DNA of 64,000 nucleotides from Gemmatimonadales bacterium. GTDB lineage: Bacteria > Gemmatimonadota > Gemmatimonadetes > Gemmatimonadales > GWC2-71-9. Every line of letters begins with the position of its first letter. Positions within the stretch are counted from its first letter, which is position 1. The notes beneath the pieces are model-generated. The model searched no databases, was not told the origin of the DNA, and worked only from the letters and a program-made list of their open reading frames with translations. A program made the translations under genes and the position numbers. This document shows positions 1 through 8,799 of the stretch, in pieces. Location of the stretch: assembly GCA_035518815.1 (NCBI GenBank), contig DATIXG010000072.1:119348-183347 (forward strand), read 5' to 3'.

Positions 1-2233
1 GGCCGTCGTCCCACGGCTCCACGAAGGTGAGAACCGGCGACCGGTCCTTGGGTGGCGTCTCCAGCAGGGTGAGGTCCCGCAGCCGGGCGAGCGACTGATG
101 CAGGGTCCGGGGAATGGGAGTCGCGGTGAGCGTGAGCACGTCCACCGCCAGCTTCAACGCCTTCAAGCGTTCCTTGTGCCGCACGCCGAAGCGATGCTCT
201 TCGTCGACGATCAAGAGGCCGAGATCCCGAAACCCCACGTCCCGCGACAGGAGGCGGTGCGTCCCGATGACGATGTCGACCTCGCCGTGCTTCAGCTGGC
301 CCAGGACGCGCCGTGTCTCCGCAGGGCCCCGGAAGCGCGACAGTACCTCGATGCGAATCGGATAGTCGGCCAGCCGCTCGCGAAACGTGCGCCCGTGCTG
401 CTCCGCGAGAATCGTCGTCGGCACAAGCACCGCGACCTGCTTGCCTGATTGCACGGCCTTGAACGCCGCCCGCACGGCCACCTCCGTCTTCCCGTAACCG
501 ACATCTCCCACGAGCAAGCGATCCATCGGCTGGGGGCGCTCCATGTCGCGCTTTACTTCGTCGGTGGCCTTGCGCTGATCGGGCGTGTCTTCGTACAGAA
601 AGGCCGACTCGAGGGCGCGCTGCCAGGGCGTGTCCGGGAGAAAGGCGAATCCGCCGGCGAGCTGGCGGCGCGCGTAGAGGTTCAGGAGCTCCGTGGCCAT
701 CTCACGGATCGCCGCCCGTGCTTTGTCTCGTTGGCGCTGCCACGTCGTCGCGCCCAGGCGGTGCAGGCGCGGAGGCGGCGCGTCGCCGTCCCCGGCGACC
801 CGGTAGGGCTCGAGCTGGTCGAGCCGGTAGAGTGGCACATTCAAGCGCGCGCCACCCTCGTATTCCACCACCGCGACTTCCAGCTCTCCCTCGCCAACGG
901 CGATCGTCTGCAAGCCGCGATAGATCCCGATCCCGTGCTCCAGGTGGACGACATAGTCGCCCGCGGTGAGCCGGCCAACCGCGGCCGTCGGTGCGGCCGT
1001 GCGATACCGCCGCGGCCGCCGCAACCGGCGCGCCCGGCGGAAGATCTCGTGATCCGTGAGCACCCGCACGGTCGGGAGCACGAAGCCTCCGTCCAGGGCT
1101 CCCACGGCCAGCCGTGCGCGATCGGGACCGAGCAGCTCTTCCAGCCGTTCGAGCTGGCCCTGGTTGTCGCACAGGATGACGCTGGGCGGGTCGGTCGCGA
1201 GCACTTGCTCGAGACGCCGGAGGTTGCGGTCGACCGTTTCCGGAGGCGTGATGGGAAACTGCATTTCGGCATCGGGCGCGTTGATCGAGAGCCGCGCGAA
1301 CCCTCCGAGACGTTGCCGCCATCCATCGGGGGGAAGCCACAGCGCCTCACGGGCCGGAGGGTCCTCGCCCAGACGGCGCGCCACCTCCAGATGGTGCGCG
1401 GCTTCGTCCCACGCCCGCGCCACTTCTCGATCGAGCGCACTCTCCTGTTCGAGCACCACGAGGCTGTCCGACGGCAGCAGGTCGAGGAGCGAGGCCCGGC
1501 CGCCGGGGCTTCGGTTGACCGCTCCGGCTTCTTCGGTCCGGACGGGGAGGATGGTCACCCGCGCGATCGCGTCCCCAGACCGCTGCGAATCGAGATCGAA
1601 CGCGCGAAGCGACACGATCTCGTCATTCCACCACTCGATGCGAGCGGGTGCGGCCATCCCGAACCCGTATACGTCGATGATGCCGCCGTGAACGCTGAAC
1701 TGTGCGACCTCGGTCACCGTCGGTACGCGCTCGTATCCCATCGCCACCAGCCGCGCCGCGACCCCGCTCAGCGCGGCGACGTCGGCGTTCTCTGCGCGTT
1801 TGGGCTCGACGACCAATCGCATGTGCTCGAGCGCGGCCGGCACTCCCGATCGCTCCGCACTCCCGCGCGCCGTGGTGACGAGGACCCGCACGGCACCCGA
1901 CAACAGCGCCGCCACGGTCTCCACGCGCTCACCGGCGATCTCAAGATGCGGCTCCTCGGCTCCCAGCCCCTCGCGTTGCGGATAGAGCGCGGCGATCCTG
2001 CCCACCAACGTCACAGCATCGGCGAGCCACCGCTCCGCATCGACCGGCGTGGGCGCCAGCACCACGAGTACGCGCTGCGGGAATCGTCGTGCGAGTGCGG
2101 CAACCAGTGCGGCAGGGCTCGAGCCGGGGAGACCGCCAACGGCGACCCGCCCGCCCGGCGGCGGCAAGTGCTCGGCCAATGCGCGCATGGCAGGCAGCTT
2201 GTCGAGACCGTCGAGCAGGAAATCGAATGCCAT
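1..2233 (-). CDS. mfd: Transcription-repair coupling factor Mfd, first ~744 codons (3' end lies beyond position 1)
   Basis: Absent from the ORF track because no stop lies in the window. My minus-strand translation from the ATG at 2233-2231 gives MAFDFLLDGLDKLPAMRALAEHLPPPGGRVAVGGLPGSS... Further 3' the minus strand encodes GDVGYGKTEVAVRA (Walker A, ~470-510) and LLIVDEEHRFG (DEEH box, ~190-222), the Mfd/RecG helicase core. ATGA overlap with the stop of the upstream gene. Confidence 0.85.
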   Translation of the reverse strand, partial: MAFDFLLDGLDKLPAMRALAEHLPPPGGRVAVGGLPGSSPAALVAALARRFPQRVLVVLAPTPVDAERWLADAVTLVGRIAALYPQREGLGAEEPHLEIAGERVETVAALLSGAVRVLVTTARGSAERSGVPAALEHMRLVVEPKRAENADVAALSGVAARLVAMGYERVPTVTEVAQFSVHGGIIDVYGFGMAAPARIEWWNDEIVSLRAFDLDSQRSGDAIARVTILPVRTEEAGAVNRSPGGRASLLDLLPSDSLVVLEQESALDREVARAWDEAAHHLEVARRLGEDPPAREALWLPPDGWRQRLGGFARLSINAPDAEMQFPITPPETVDRNLRRLEQVLATDPPSVILCDNQGQLERLEELLGPDRARLAVGALDGGFVLPTVRVLTDHEIFRRARRLRRPRRYRTAAPTAAVGRLTAGDYVVHLEHGIGIYRGLQTIAVGEGELEVAVVEYEGGARLNVPLYRLDQLEPYRVAGDGDAPPPRLHRLGATTWQRQRDKARAAIREMATELLNLYARRQLAGGFAFLPDTPWQRALESAFLYEDTPDQRKATDEVKRDMERPQPMDRLLVGDVGYGKTEVAVRAAFKAVQSGKQVAVLVPTTILAEQHGRTFRERLADYPIRIEVLSRFRGPAETRRVLGQLKHGEVDIVIGTHRLLSRDVGFRDLGLLIVDEEHRFGVRHKERLKALKLAVDVLTLTATPIPRTLHQSLARLRDLTLLETPPKDRSPVLTFVEPWDDG

Positions 2234-3906
2234 CAATCGGTCCGCGTAGCGATGCCGAGCTCAACGAGCGCCACGAGCAGGGCGAGCCCCAGGAACCACG
2301 CGCTCGCGTCGACCCGATGCGTGCCTGCGAATCGCGCGGCGGCGAAACGCGCCGGGGCGAGCGGCGGGGAGCCCAGCGCCCGCGTCACTGCCGCCGGCGT
2401 CGCACGGGTGAGGTCCGATTCGCGCGGGTCGGGACCGAAGACAGTGGCCCCGATCGTATCCGTCCCGCGCAGCCGGAACACCACCCCTGCACGCCCTTCC
2501 GCCGCGTCCGCCGGTGTCGTGCCCCGCGCCAGACGGTTCACCAGCGCGTCGACGAACGGGACGAATCCCGGCGTCGCAGGGAGAGCAGTCCAAGCCGTGT
2601 CGAGCCGGCTGCCGAGCAGCACCAACCCGTGGTCTCGCACAAGCCACGGCTCCCCGTTGACGCTCGCCATCACGTCCCCCACGGCTCCACCACCCAGCTG
2701 GTAGCGCCGCAGGACGAGGACGCCGCTCACTTGCTCGATCCGCGGAGCCACGATCGGTCCTGGAGTACCCGGCGCGCCGTACCGCCACTGCGCGCCCCGC
2801 GCGGCCAGCGACCGGTTCACCTCTCCCATCAGCGCCGGGTCAGCCGAAGGAGTAACGATGGCGCCGACGCGCCCCGGACCATCAATCACGACCTCGCTCC
2901 CGTCCGTTACGCGCCGCCCCTCGCGTAACACTGCCAGCGCCGCGGCGACGAACGGGCCCGCCGCGGGCGCCGCGCGGACGCCCGCTGGCGGGGCCACGAC
3001 CGAAACGAACACGCGGTGGTCATCCGCGCGGAGCTCGTCGGGGTCGAGCACGACGTCGCCCACCCACCATCCCGGCCCCAGCTGCGGCAACGGGAGCGAT
3101 ACGGCCGAGCCGGGAGCGGCGAGCGCCGGGCCGACAGTGCGGCCATGCAAGCGCACCGTCACCGCCGCCGGTGGAGCGCCGGAGGTTCCGACCACGGGCA
3201 CGGCGACCGCTCCGTCCGTCACCCGTAGCACACCCACGCCGCGGTTCAGGGGTGGCTCGACCGATGGCTCGAGGACCAGCACCCGCGCGCCGCCGGTCTC
3301 GGACACGCTCCCAGGGCCCAGGGCTGACGCCTGCAAGTCGCTCACTACTTCCACCTCTCGGGCGCGCAGCGGCTCGCTGTTCACGATCTCGAGGGCGCGA
3401 GCCGTCACGGCCACGAGATCCAGCCGCTGCGGCGACGCGGAAGCACTGTCCACGACCGCTGCAAGGCCGGGTGCGGTCCCGCCCCGGGCCATACCATCGG
3501 CGAGGATCAACCACAACCGATCCTCGGCACGGGCGGCAGCGAATGAGGCGCGAGCATCGAGCCGCAATCGGTCGAGGACGGGCTTGCCGTCAACCACAGC
3601 GCCCGACGAGAGAGAGTTGTCGAAGATCAATACCATCGCGGTCGGCTCGTGCACGCCGCCACCCGCCGCCGGGATCACCGGGGCGGCTGCGCCGAACACG
3701 ACCAGCGCGATGAGTGCGGTGCGTAACAGGAGCAGGAGCAAATGTCGGAGCCGCAACCGTCGAGCACTCTGGCGCTCTGCCTCAGAGAGGTATCGCAACG
3801 CGGGGAAGTCGGCCTCGGGAGGCGTTCGGCGCTCGAGCAGGTGCAGGAGTACCGGGATCGCCGCCACCGCGAGCCCGAGCAACAACCATGGGTGCAGGAA
3901 CGTCAC
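2233..3906 (-). CDS. Membrane protein with BatA-type N-terminal double-TM domain and a C-terminal TM anchor
   Basis: ORF 2233..3993. Start placed at GTG 3906 (VTFLHPWLLLGLAVAAIPVLLHLLERR...) because it makes a GTGA overlap with the DUF58 stop. The N-terminus matches the aerotolerance-regulator (BatA) N-terminal motif. C-terminal hydrophobic segment WFLGLALLVALVELGI. Confidence 0.75.
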   Translation of the reverse strand: MTFLHPWLLLGLAVAAIPVLLHLLERRTPPEADFPALRYLSEAERQSARRLRLRHLLLLLLRTALIALVVFGAAAPVIPAAGGGVHEPTAMVLIFDNSLSSGAVVDGKPVLDRLRLDARASFAAARAEDRLWLILADGMARGGTAPGLAAVVDSASASPQRLDLVAVTARALEIVNSEPLRAREVEVVSDLQASALGPGSVSETGGARVLVLEPSVEPPLNRGVGVLRVTDGAVAVPVVGTSGAPPAAVTVRLHGRTVGPALAAPGSAVSLPLPQLGPGWWVGDVVLDPDELRADDHRVFVSVVAPPAGVRAAPAAGPFVAAALAVLREGRRVTDGSEVVIDGPGRVGAIVTPSADPALMGEVNRSLAARGAQWRYGAPGTPGPIVAPRIEQVSGVLVLRRYQLGGGAVGDVMASVNGEPWLVRDHGLVLLGSRLDTAWTALPATPGFVPFVDALVNRLARGTTPADAAEGRAGVVFRLRGTDTIGATVFGPDPRESDLTRATPAAVTRALGSPPLAPARFAAARFAGTHRVDASAWFLGLALLVALVELGIATRTD

Positions 3907-4784
3907 GTGAGGAGGCGAAGCGCCGTGCCGAACGGGACGTCGGTTCGGATCGGGTGGTACGCGATGCCGTGACGGCGACAAGCGGTGCGCCAACCCACAA
4001 TCGCCTGCTCGACGGTGGCGGCATAGGCCCGGGCCAGCTCGCGTGGTCGGACAACCATGCTAGCGGCCGACTCCATATCTCGCAGCCTCACCTCAGGAGG
4101 ACCGGACAGCTCGAGCTCCCCGCGATCCATCACATGCAGGACGACGACCTGATGGCCCCTGTGCCGCAGGAACCGCATCGCCGTCAGCGCCAGCTCCCGA
4201 TCGAACAAGAGGTCGGAGAGCAGGACGACCAGGCCGCGACGCGCGAGCAGCGACACCACATGGCGCATCGCAGGGGCCGCCGCCGTGCCTCCTCCGTCCG
4301 GTGTGTCGAGCAAGCCTCGTACGACGCGACTCCACTGTCCGGCCTTGATACGGGCCGGAACCACCTGGCGCACCGCATCGTCGAAGGTCACGAGGCCCGT
4401 CGCATCGCGCTGGCGAAGCAGGATCAGCGCCAGGGCTGCGGCGAGACGGTCCGCGTAGGCGCGCTTCGTAAGGCGGTCGGGCGAGCCTCGCCACGCCATG
4501 GACCGGCTGGTGTCTACGAGGATGACAGCGCGAAGGTTGGTCTCTTCCTCGAACTGCTTCACGAACAGCCGGTCGGATCGGGCGAGGATTCTCCAGTCGA
4601 GGTAGCGGGGTTCGTCGCCCGGTTGGTATGCCCGATGTTCGGTGAATTCCACTGAGAATCCACGAAACGGCGATCGATGAATACCGGCCAGAAACCCCTC
4701 GACCACCCCCTGGGCCGTGATCTCGATCCCCCCAAGACGGGCGACTTCCGCAGGATCGAGCAGGTCCAGCCGCGTCGCTACCAT
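3903..4784 (-). CDS. DUF58 domain protein (family usually partnered with MoxR AAA+ ATPases)
   Basis: ORF 3903..4784, 293 aa. Contains HRSPFRGFSVEFTEHRAYQPGDEPRYLDWR and ILVDTSRSM, the characteristic DUF58 signature. Confidence 0.85.
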   Translation of the reverse strand: MVATRLDLLDPAEVARLGGIEITAQGVVEGFLAGIHRSPFRGFSVEFTEHRAYQPGDEPRYLDWRILARSDRLFVKQFEEETNLRAVILVDTSRSMAWRGSPDRLTKRAYADRLAAALALILLRQRDATGLVTFDDAVRQVVPARIKAGQWSRVVRGLLDTPDGGGTAAAPAMRHVVSLLARRGLVVLLSDLLFDRELALTAMRFLRHRGHQVVVLHVMDRGELELSGPPEVRLRDMESAASMVVRPRELARAYAATVEQAIVGWRTACRRHGIAYHPIRTDVPFGTALRLLT

Positions 4785-4957
4785 GATTGATGCCTGAACC
4801 TAATGGCCGGCCCATTGTCGCCGGTAGAGGACAACGACCGATGAGCAGCGGCAACCGTTACTTCTCTAATAGATTGTCGTCGTTGCGCTTGCGTCACAGG
4901 CGCAGTACCCCGTCGCGTGGCATGCGGCCTGCCCTTCCCAGCCATCGGGAGGATCCT

Positions 4958-6064
4958 ATGCTCACACACGCCGTGCTGCTCGCTCAGCTGCTCGCCGTCG
5001 GCGGTCCGCCAACCCTCGCGACCACGTCCTACCGGCCGAGGATCGAGGTTTGGACCAACCGCGGCGAAGATCCTTATTCGAGTGGCGAGGCGGTTCGCGT
5101 GAGCTTCAAGACCGAGCGTGACGCCTTCGTCACATTGCTCCGCGTCGATACCGACGGTCGAATCCATATTCTCTTCCCTCGCGAGCCGTGGGGCGACAAC
5201 TTCGCAAGCGGCGGGCGAGTGTACGAGGTCGAGGGCGTAGGACGGTCCAGCGCGTTCGGTATCGATGACTATCCCGGCGAAGGATACATCTTCGCCATTG
5301 CGTCCGCCGATCCGTTCACCTATGACGGCATCGCGAGCGCCCAGCACTGGGACTACCGGCTCATCGGCGACGACGGCCAGATCCGGGGCGATCCCTACGC
5401 CGCACTCACCGACCTGGCCTCTCGTATGCTCCCCGAGAACTACCCCGACTGGGACTACGACGTCGTTCCCTACTACGTGCAGCAGCATTACCAGTATCCG
5501 CGCTTTTTGTGCTACGATTGCCACTCGTACGTAAGCTACCCGCGCTGGAATCCATACGACTATTCCTGCGTGCGTTTTCGCATCGTAGTGTTCGACGATC
5601 CCTATTACTACCCCTACCGCTACTACGGCGGTAGGCGAGTCGCCTTCACTCGCCCCTACCGGCCCGAGCCCCGATTCATCTTCAAGGACCGTGGCGCCAA
5701 CGACGCATTCGTGACCCGGGTGCGCGAGCGGCCCGTCAACGACGACCGGCGCCGCGACGTGGGTGTGCGGGGACGCGACCTGGGTGGTCCAGGCTTCGTG
5801 CCAGCACCTCGCGAGTCTCGTCGTGCGGCGCCGCCGTCGCAACCGAGCCCCCCGGAGCGGCGTCCGGCACCGCCGCCGCGCCAGGAACGCCCCCAGCCTC
5901 CGGACCAGCCGTCTCAGCGAGAGCGGCCAGCGCACCCGGATCACCCGGCGCCTCGGACAGCACCCGCATCGCCGCGGCAAGCGCCCAAGGCGGAACCCCA
6001 GCATCAGGGCGGGCGCGAATCCGGCAATGGACAGGAGCCGGAGCTGCGACGTCGCAGGCCCTGA
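4958..6064 (+). CDS. Secreted DUF4384-like protein with Tyr/Pro/Cys-rich middle and Pro/Arg-rich tail
   Basis: ORF 4787..6064. Start moved to ATG 4958, which has GGGAGG about 6 nt upstream and gives the signal-like MLTHAVLLAQLLAVGG. RIEVWTNRGEDPYSSGEAVRVSFKTERDAFVTLLRVDTDGRIHILFP resembles DUF4384. Confidence 0.7.
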   Translation: MLTHAVLLAQLLAVGGPPTLATTSYRPRIEVWTNRGEDPYSSGEAVRVSFKTERDAFVTLLRVDTDGRIHILFPREPWGDNFASGGRVYEVEGVGRSSAFGIDDYPGEGYIFAIASADPFTYDGIASAQHWDYRLIGDDGQIRGDPYAALTDLASRMLPENYPDWDYDVVPYYVQQHYQYPRFLCYDCHSYVSYPRWNPYDYSCVRFRIVVFDDPYYYPYRYYGGRRVAFTRPYRPEPRFIFKDRGANDAFVTRVRERPVNDDRRRDVGVRGRDLGGPGFVPAPRESRRAAPPSQPSPPERRPAPPPRQERPQPPDQPSQRERPAHPDHPAPRTAPASPRQAPKAEPQHQGGRESGNGQEPELRRRRP

Positions 6065-6140
6065 TCGCAAGCATGTTTGGTACCGAGCAACGCGCCTTGC
6101 CGTGGTCCCGCCCGGCTTGGCGCGTTAGCTTTTTCGACCC

Positions 6141-7685
6141 ATGATGTTGCGACTCGCGGTGCTGCTGTGCCTCCCCTGCGTGCTCGGCGCGCAGGCGCCC
6201 GTGCCGCCCGCACGCGCCGCCGGTGCGATCACCCCGGAGGATGTTCGCCACCGCATCGAGGTGTTGGCCAACGATTCCATGCGGGGACGCGACACGCCCA
6301 GTCCGCAACTCGACCAAGTCGCGAGCTGGATCGCCGCAGAATTCCGTCGGTTCGGCCTACGGCCGGGTGGGACCGATGGGACGTTCTTGCAGCACTACGA
6401 CATCGTTCGCTCCGAGCTCGACACGGCTCAGACCGCTCTCACGGTGGCGCGCGGGGGAGGCCCGCCAGTCGTGCTCAAGGCCGGCAGCGAGATGGACGTG
6501 CTGCCGTTTGGCCCGCCGCCGCTGCGCGACGTCAGCGGCCCCGTGGTCTTGCTGACAGGGCGAGCGGATTCGACCCCCGATCCGCTGGCGGGGGCCGACC
6601 TTCGCGGGGCCTGGATCGCCGAGCTGGCCACCAGCAGCCCAACGGGAAATATCTCGGTCGACCTGAATGCCGCTCAAGCGGCACTGGGCGCCGGGGCCGT
6701 CGGGCTCCTCGTCATCTCCGACCGCTCCGACGACCAGTGGCGCGCTCGGATCAGCAGCCACCGGCCCTTTCTGAGTGTCGGGGACCCACCCGCTACGGCT
6801 CTGGAGCCCGCGTTGGTCGAGATCCGGGACGCGGCCGCGGTCCGGGCCCTGGGGTTGGACGTCGGGGCGTTACGCGCCGAACGGGATCCGCGCGCGCGGC
6901 GGCTTTCGGGAGTGACGCTCACCTTCCACGCGCAGCGGAGGGTCATCTCCACCGCGAGCGCTCCCAACGTCATCGGGATCCTGGACGGGAGCGATCCCAT
7001 TCTGAAGAACGAGTATGTGTTCTTCACTGCGCACATGGATCACATCGGGGTCGCGTCGCTGCGCAACCCGGCGTGCCGCGCGCGTGGCGCTGACTCGATT
7101 TGCAACGGCGCGGATGATGACGCGTCCGGCGACGCCGCGGTCATGACGATAGCGCAAGCCTGCTCGCGACTCGCGCCGCGGCCGCGGCGGTCCCTCGTTT
7201 TCATGACCGTGAGCGGTGAGGAAAAGGGCCTGTGGGGCAGTGAGTATTTCACCACGCACCCCGTCGTGCCGCTCTCGGCCGTGGTCGCGGACTTGAACAT
7301 CGACATGGTGGGCAGGAACTGGAGGGACACCATCGCGGTCATCGGCAAGGAGCAGTCGGATCTCGGGACGACGCTCGACCGCGTGGCACAAGCGCATCCG
7401 GAGCTGAACATGCGGCCCATCGGCGACATCTGGCCGATGGAGCATTTCTACAGCCGTTCGGATCATTTCAACTTCGCGCGCCGCGGGGTGCCGATCCTTT
7501 TCTTCTTCAATGGCACCCACCCCGACTACCACCAGGTCTCCGACGAGGTCGCGAAGATCGACGCTGAGAAGGAATCGCGGATTGCGCGGCTGATCTTCTA
7601 TCTCGGAATCGAGCTTGCCAACACCACCGCCAGGCCTCGCTGGGACCCCGACGCTTACAAGCGGGTGGTCGACGGCGCGAACTGA
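6141..7685 (+). CDS. M28 family aminopeptidase with PA domain, secreted
   Basis: 514 aa. Signal MMLRLAVLLCLPCVLGAQAP. Metal-ligand motifs TAHMDHIGV, NGADDDASG and SGEEKGLWGS typical of M28 peptidases. Confidence 0.85.
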   Translation: MMLRLAVLLCLPCVLGAQAPVPPARAAGAITPEDVRHRIEVLANDSMRGRDTPSPQLDQVASWIAAEFRRFGLRPGGTDGTFLQHYDIVRSELDTAQTALTVARGGGPPVVLKAGSEMDVLPFGPPPLRDVSGPVVLLTGRADSTPDPLAGADLRGAWIAELATSSPTGNISVDLNAAQAALGAGAVGLLVISDRSDDQWRARISSHRPFLSVGDPPATALEPALVEIRDAAAVRALGLDVGALRAERDPRARRLSGVTLTFHAQRRVISTASAPNVIGILDGSDPILKNEYVFFTAHMDHIGVASLRNPACRARGADSICNGADDDASGDAAVMTIAQACSRLAPRPRRSLVFMTVSGEEKGLWGSEYFTTHPVVPLSAVVADLNIDMVGRNWRDTIAVIGKEQSDLGTTLDRVAQAHPELNMRPIGDIWPMEHFYSRSDHFNFARRGVPILFFFNGTHPDYHQVSDEVAKIDAEKESRIARLIFYLGIELANTTARPRWDPDAYKRVVDGAN

Positions 7686-8737
7686 CGCAGCAATTCGGCG
7701 TTGTTCTTCGTGCGCCGCAGCTCCGTAACCAGAGCGGCCATGGCCTGCTCCGGCGGGACGTTGACGAGGGAGCGGCGTAGGGCTTGGCGCGCGGCCACCG
7801 TCGCCGGGTCCGCCAGGCCTTCTTCCCGCCGGGTGCCGCTCGCGGCGATATCGACGGCAGGGTAGATCCGGCGGTCGGCGAGCGCGCGCGCGAGGCGCAG
7901 CTCCGCGTTGCCGGTTCCTTTGAACTCCTCGAAGATGACGTCGTCCATGCGGCTCTCGGTCTCGACGAGGGCCGTCGCGATGACCGTGAGCGACCCGCCG
8001 TTGGGGACGGCGCGCGCGGCGCCGAACAGCGCCTTGGGTTTCGCGAGGGCGTTGGCGTCGAGTCCTCCCGTGAGGGTCCGCCGGCTGCTTTTCCCCGCCG
8101 TGTTGTGAGACCGCGCGAGGCGGGTGAGGGAGTCGAGCACGATGACGACGTCGCGCCCCAGCTCGACCTGGCGTCGCGCGTGGTCGAACACCATGTCCGC
8201 AACGGCCACGTGCCGCTCGTGCGACAGATCGAAGCTCGAAGCGATCACCGCACCGCGCCCCCAGTCGACCATCTCACTCACCTCTTCGGGTCGTTCGTCG
8301 ACGAGCAGCAGCAGGAGCTCCACGTCGGGGTAGCCGATCGCCACGGCCTCTGCGACCGCCTGCAGAATGATCGTCTTGCCCGCTTTGGGCGGGGACACGA
8401 TGAGGGCCCGCTGTCCAAACCCGAGCGGGCAGACGAGGTCGATCACGCGCTGAATGTCTGCGGACCGAGGGCTCGACGGATGAGCGGTCTCGAGCAGCAA
8501 GGGACGCGTGGGATGGACGGCACCCAGGTCCGCGAAGTTGGGCCGATCGGCGAGACCGACCGGCGGGGAGCCGTTGACGCTCACGACGCGCCCCGACTCC
8601 AGGGTCACGAGGTCCCCCCGGCGCAGTCCTGGCAGGCGGACGACGTGATCCCCCTGGGCAGGGAGGTAGCTGTTCGCAGCCGTGCGCACGGCGCCGCCCT
8701 TTGGCGTCGGGTCGAACCACCCGGTGATCGATGTCAT
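7655..8737 (-). CDS. rho: Transcription termination factor Rho (short N-terminus)
   Basis: ORF 7655..8800. Contains [15 protein letters not shown] (Walker A), [22 protein letters not shown] and [22 protein letters not shown]. Start placed at ATG 8737 (MTSITGWFD) because the TTG at 8800 would abut the lepA ATG. Confidence 0.85.
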   Translation of the reverse strand: MTSITGWFDPTPKGGAVRTAANSYLPAQGDHVVRLPGLRRGDLVTLESGRVVSVNGSPPVGLADRPNFADLGAVHPTRPLLLETAHPSSPRSADIQRVIDLVCPLGFGQRALIVSPPKAGKTIILQAVAEAVAIGYPDVELLLLLVDERPEEVSEMVDWGRGAVIASSFDLSHERHVAVADMVFDHARRQVELGRDVVIVLDSLTRLARSHNTAGKSSRRTLTGGLDANALAKPKALFGAARAVPNGGSLTVIATALVETESRMDDVIFEEFKGTGNAELRLARALADRRIYPAVDIAASGTRREEGLADPATVAARQALRRSLVNVPPEQAMAALVTELRRTKNNAELLRQFAPSTTRL

Positions 8738-8799
8738 GGAGGTGCCGACAAAGATACTCGTCACCCGCAAGGCCGCACCGCCTATATTGCCCCGCACCA

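Noticed and set aside
449-2704. 751-aa plus-strand ORF, together with 98..448 and the minus-strand ORFs 702..1340 and 841..1440
   Set aside because: Arg/Pro/Ala-rich junk composition. The region is fully explained by mfd on the minus strand (Walker A and DEEH motifs, clean N-terminus at 2233). These are typical high-GC shadow ORFs.
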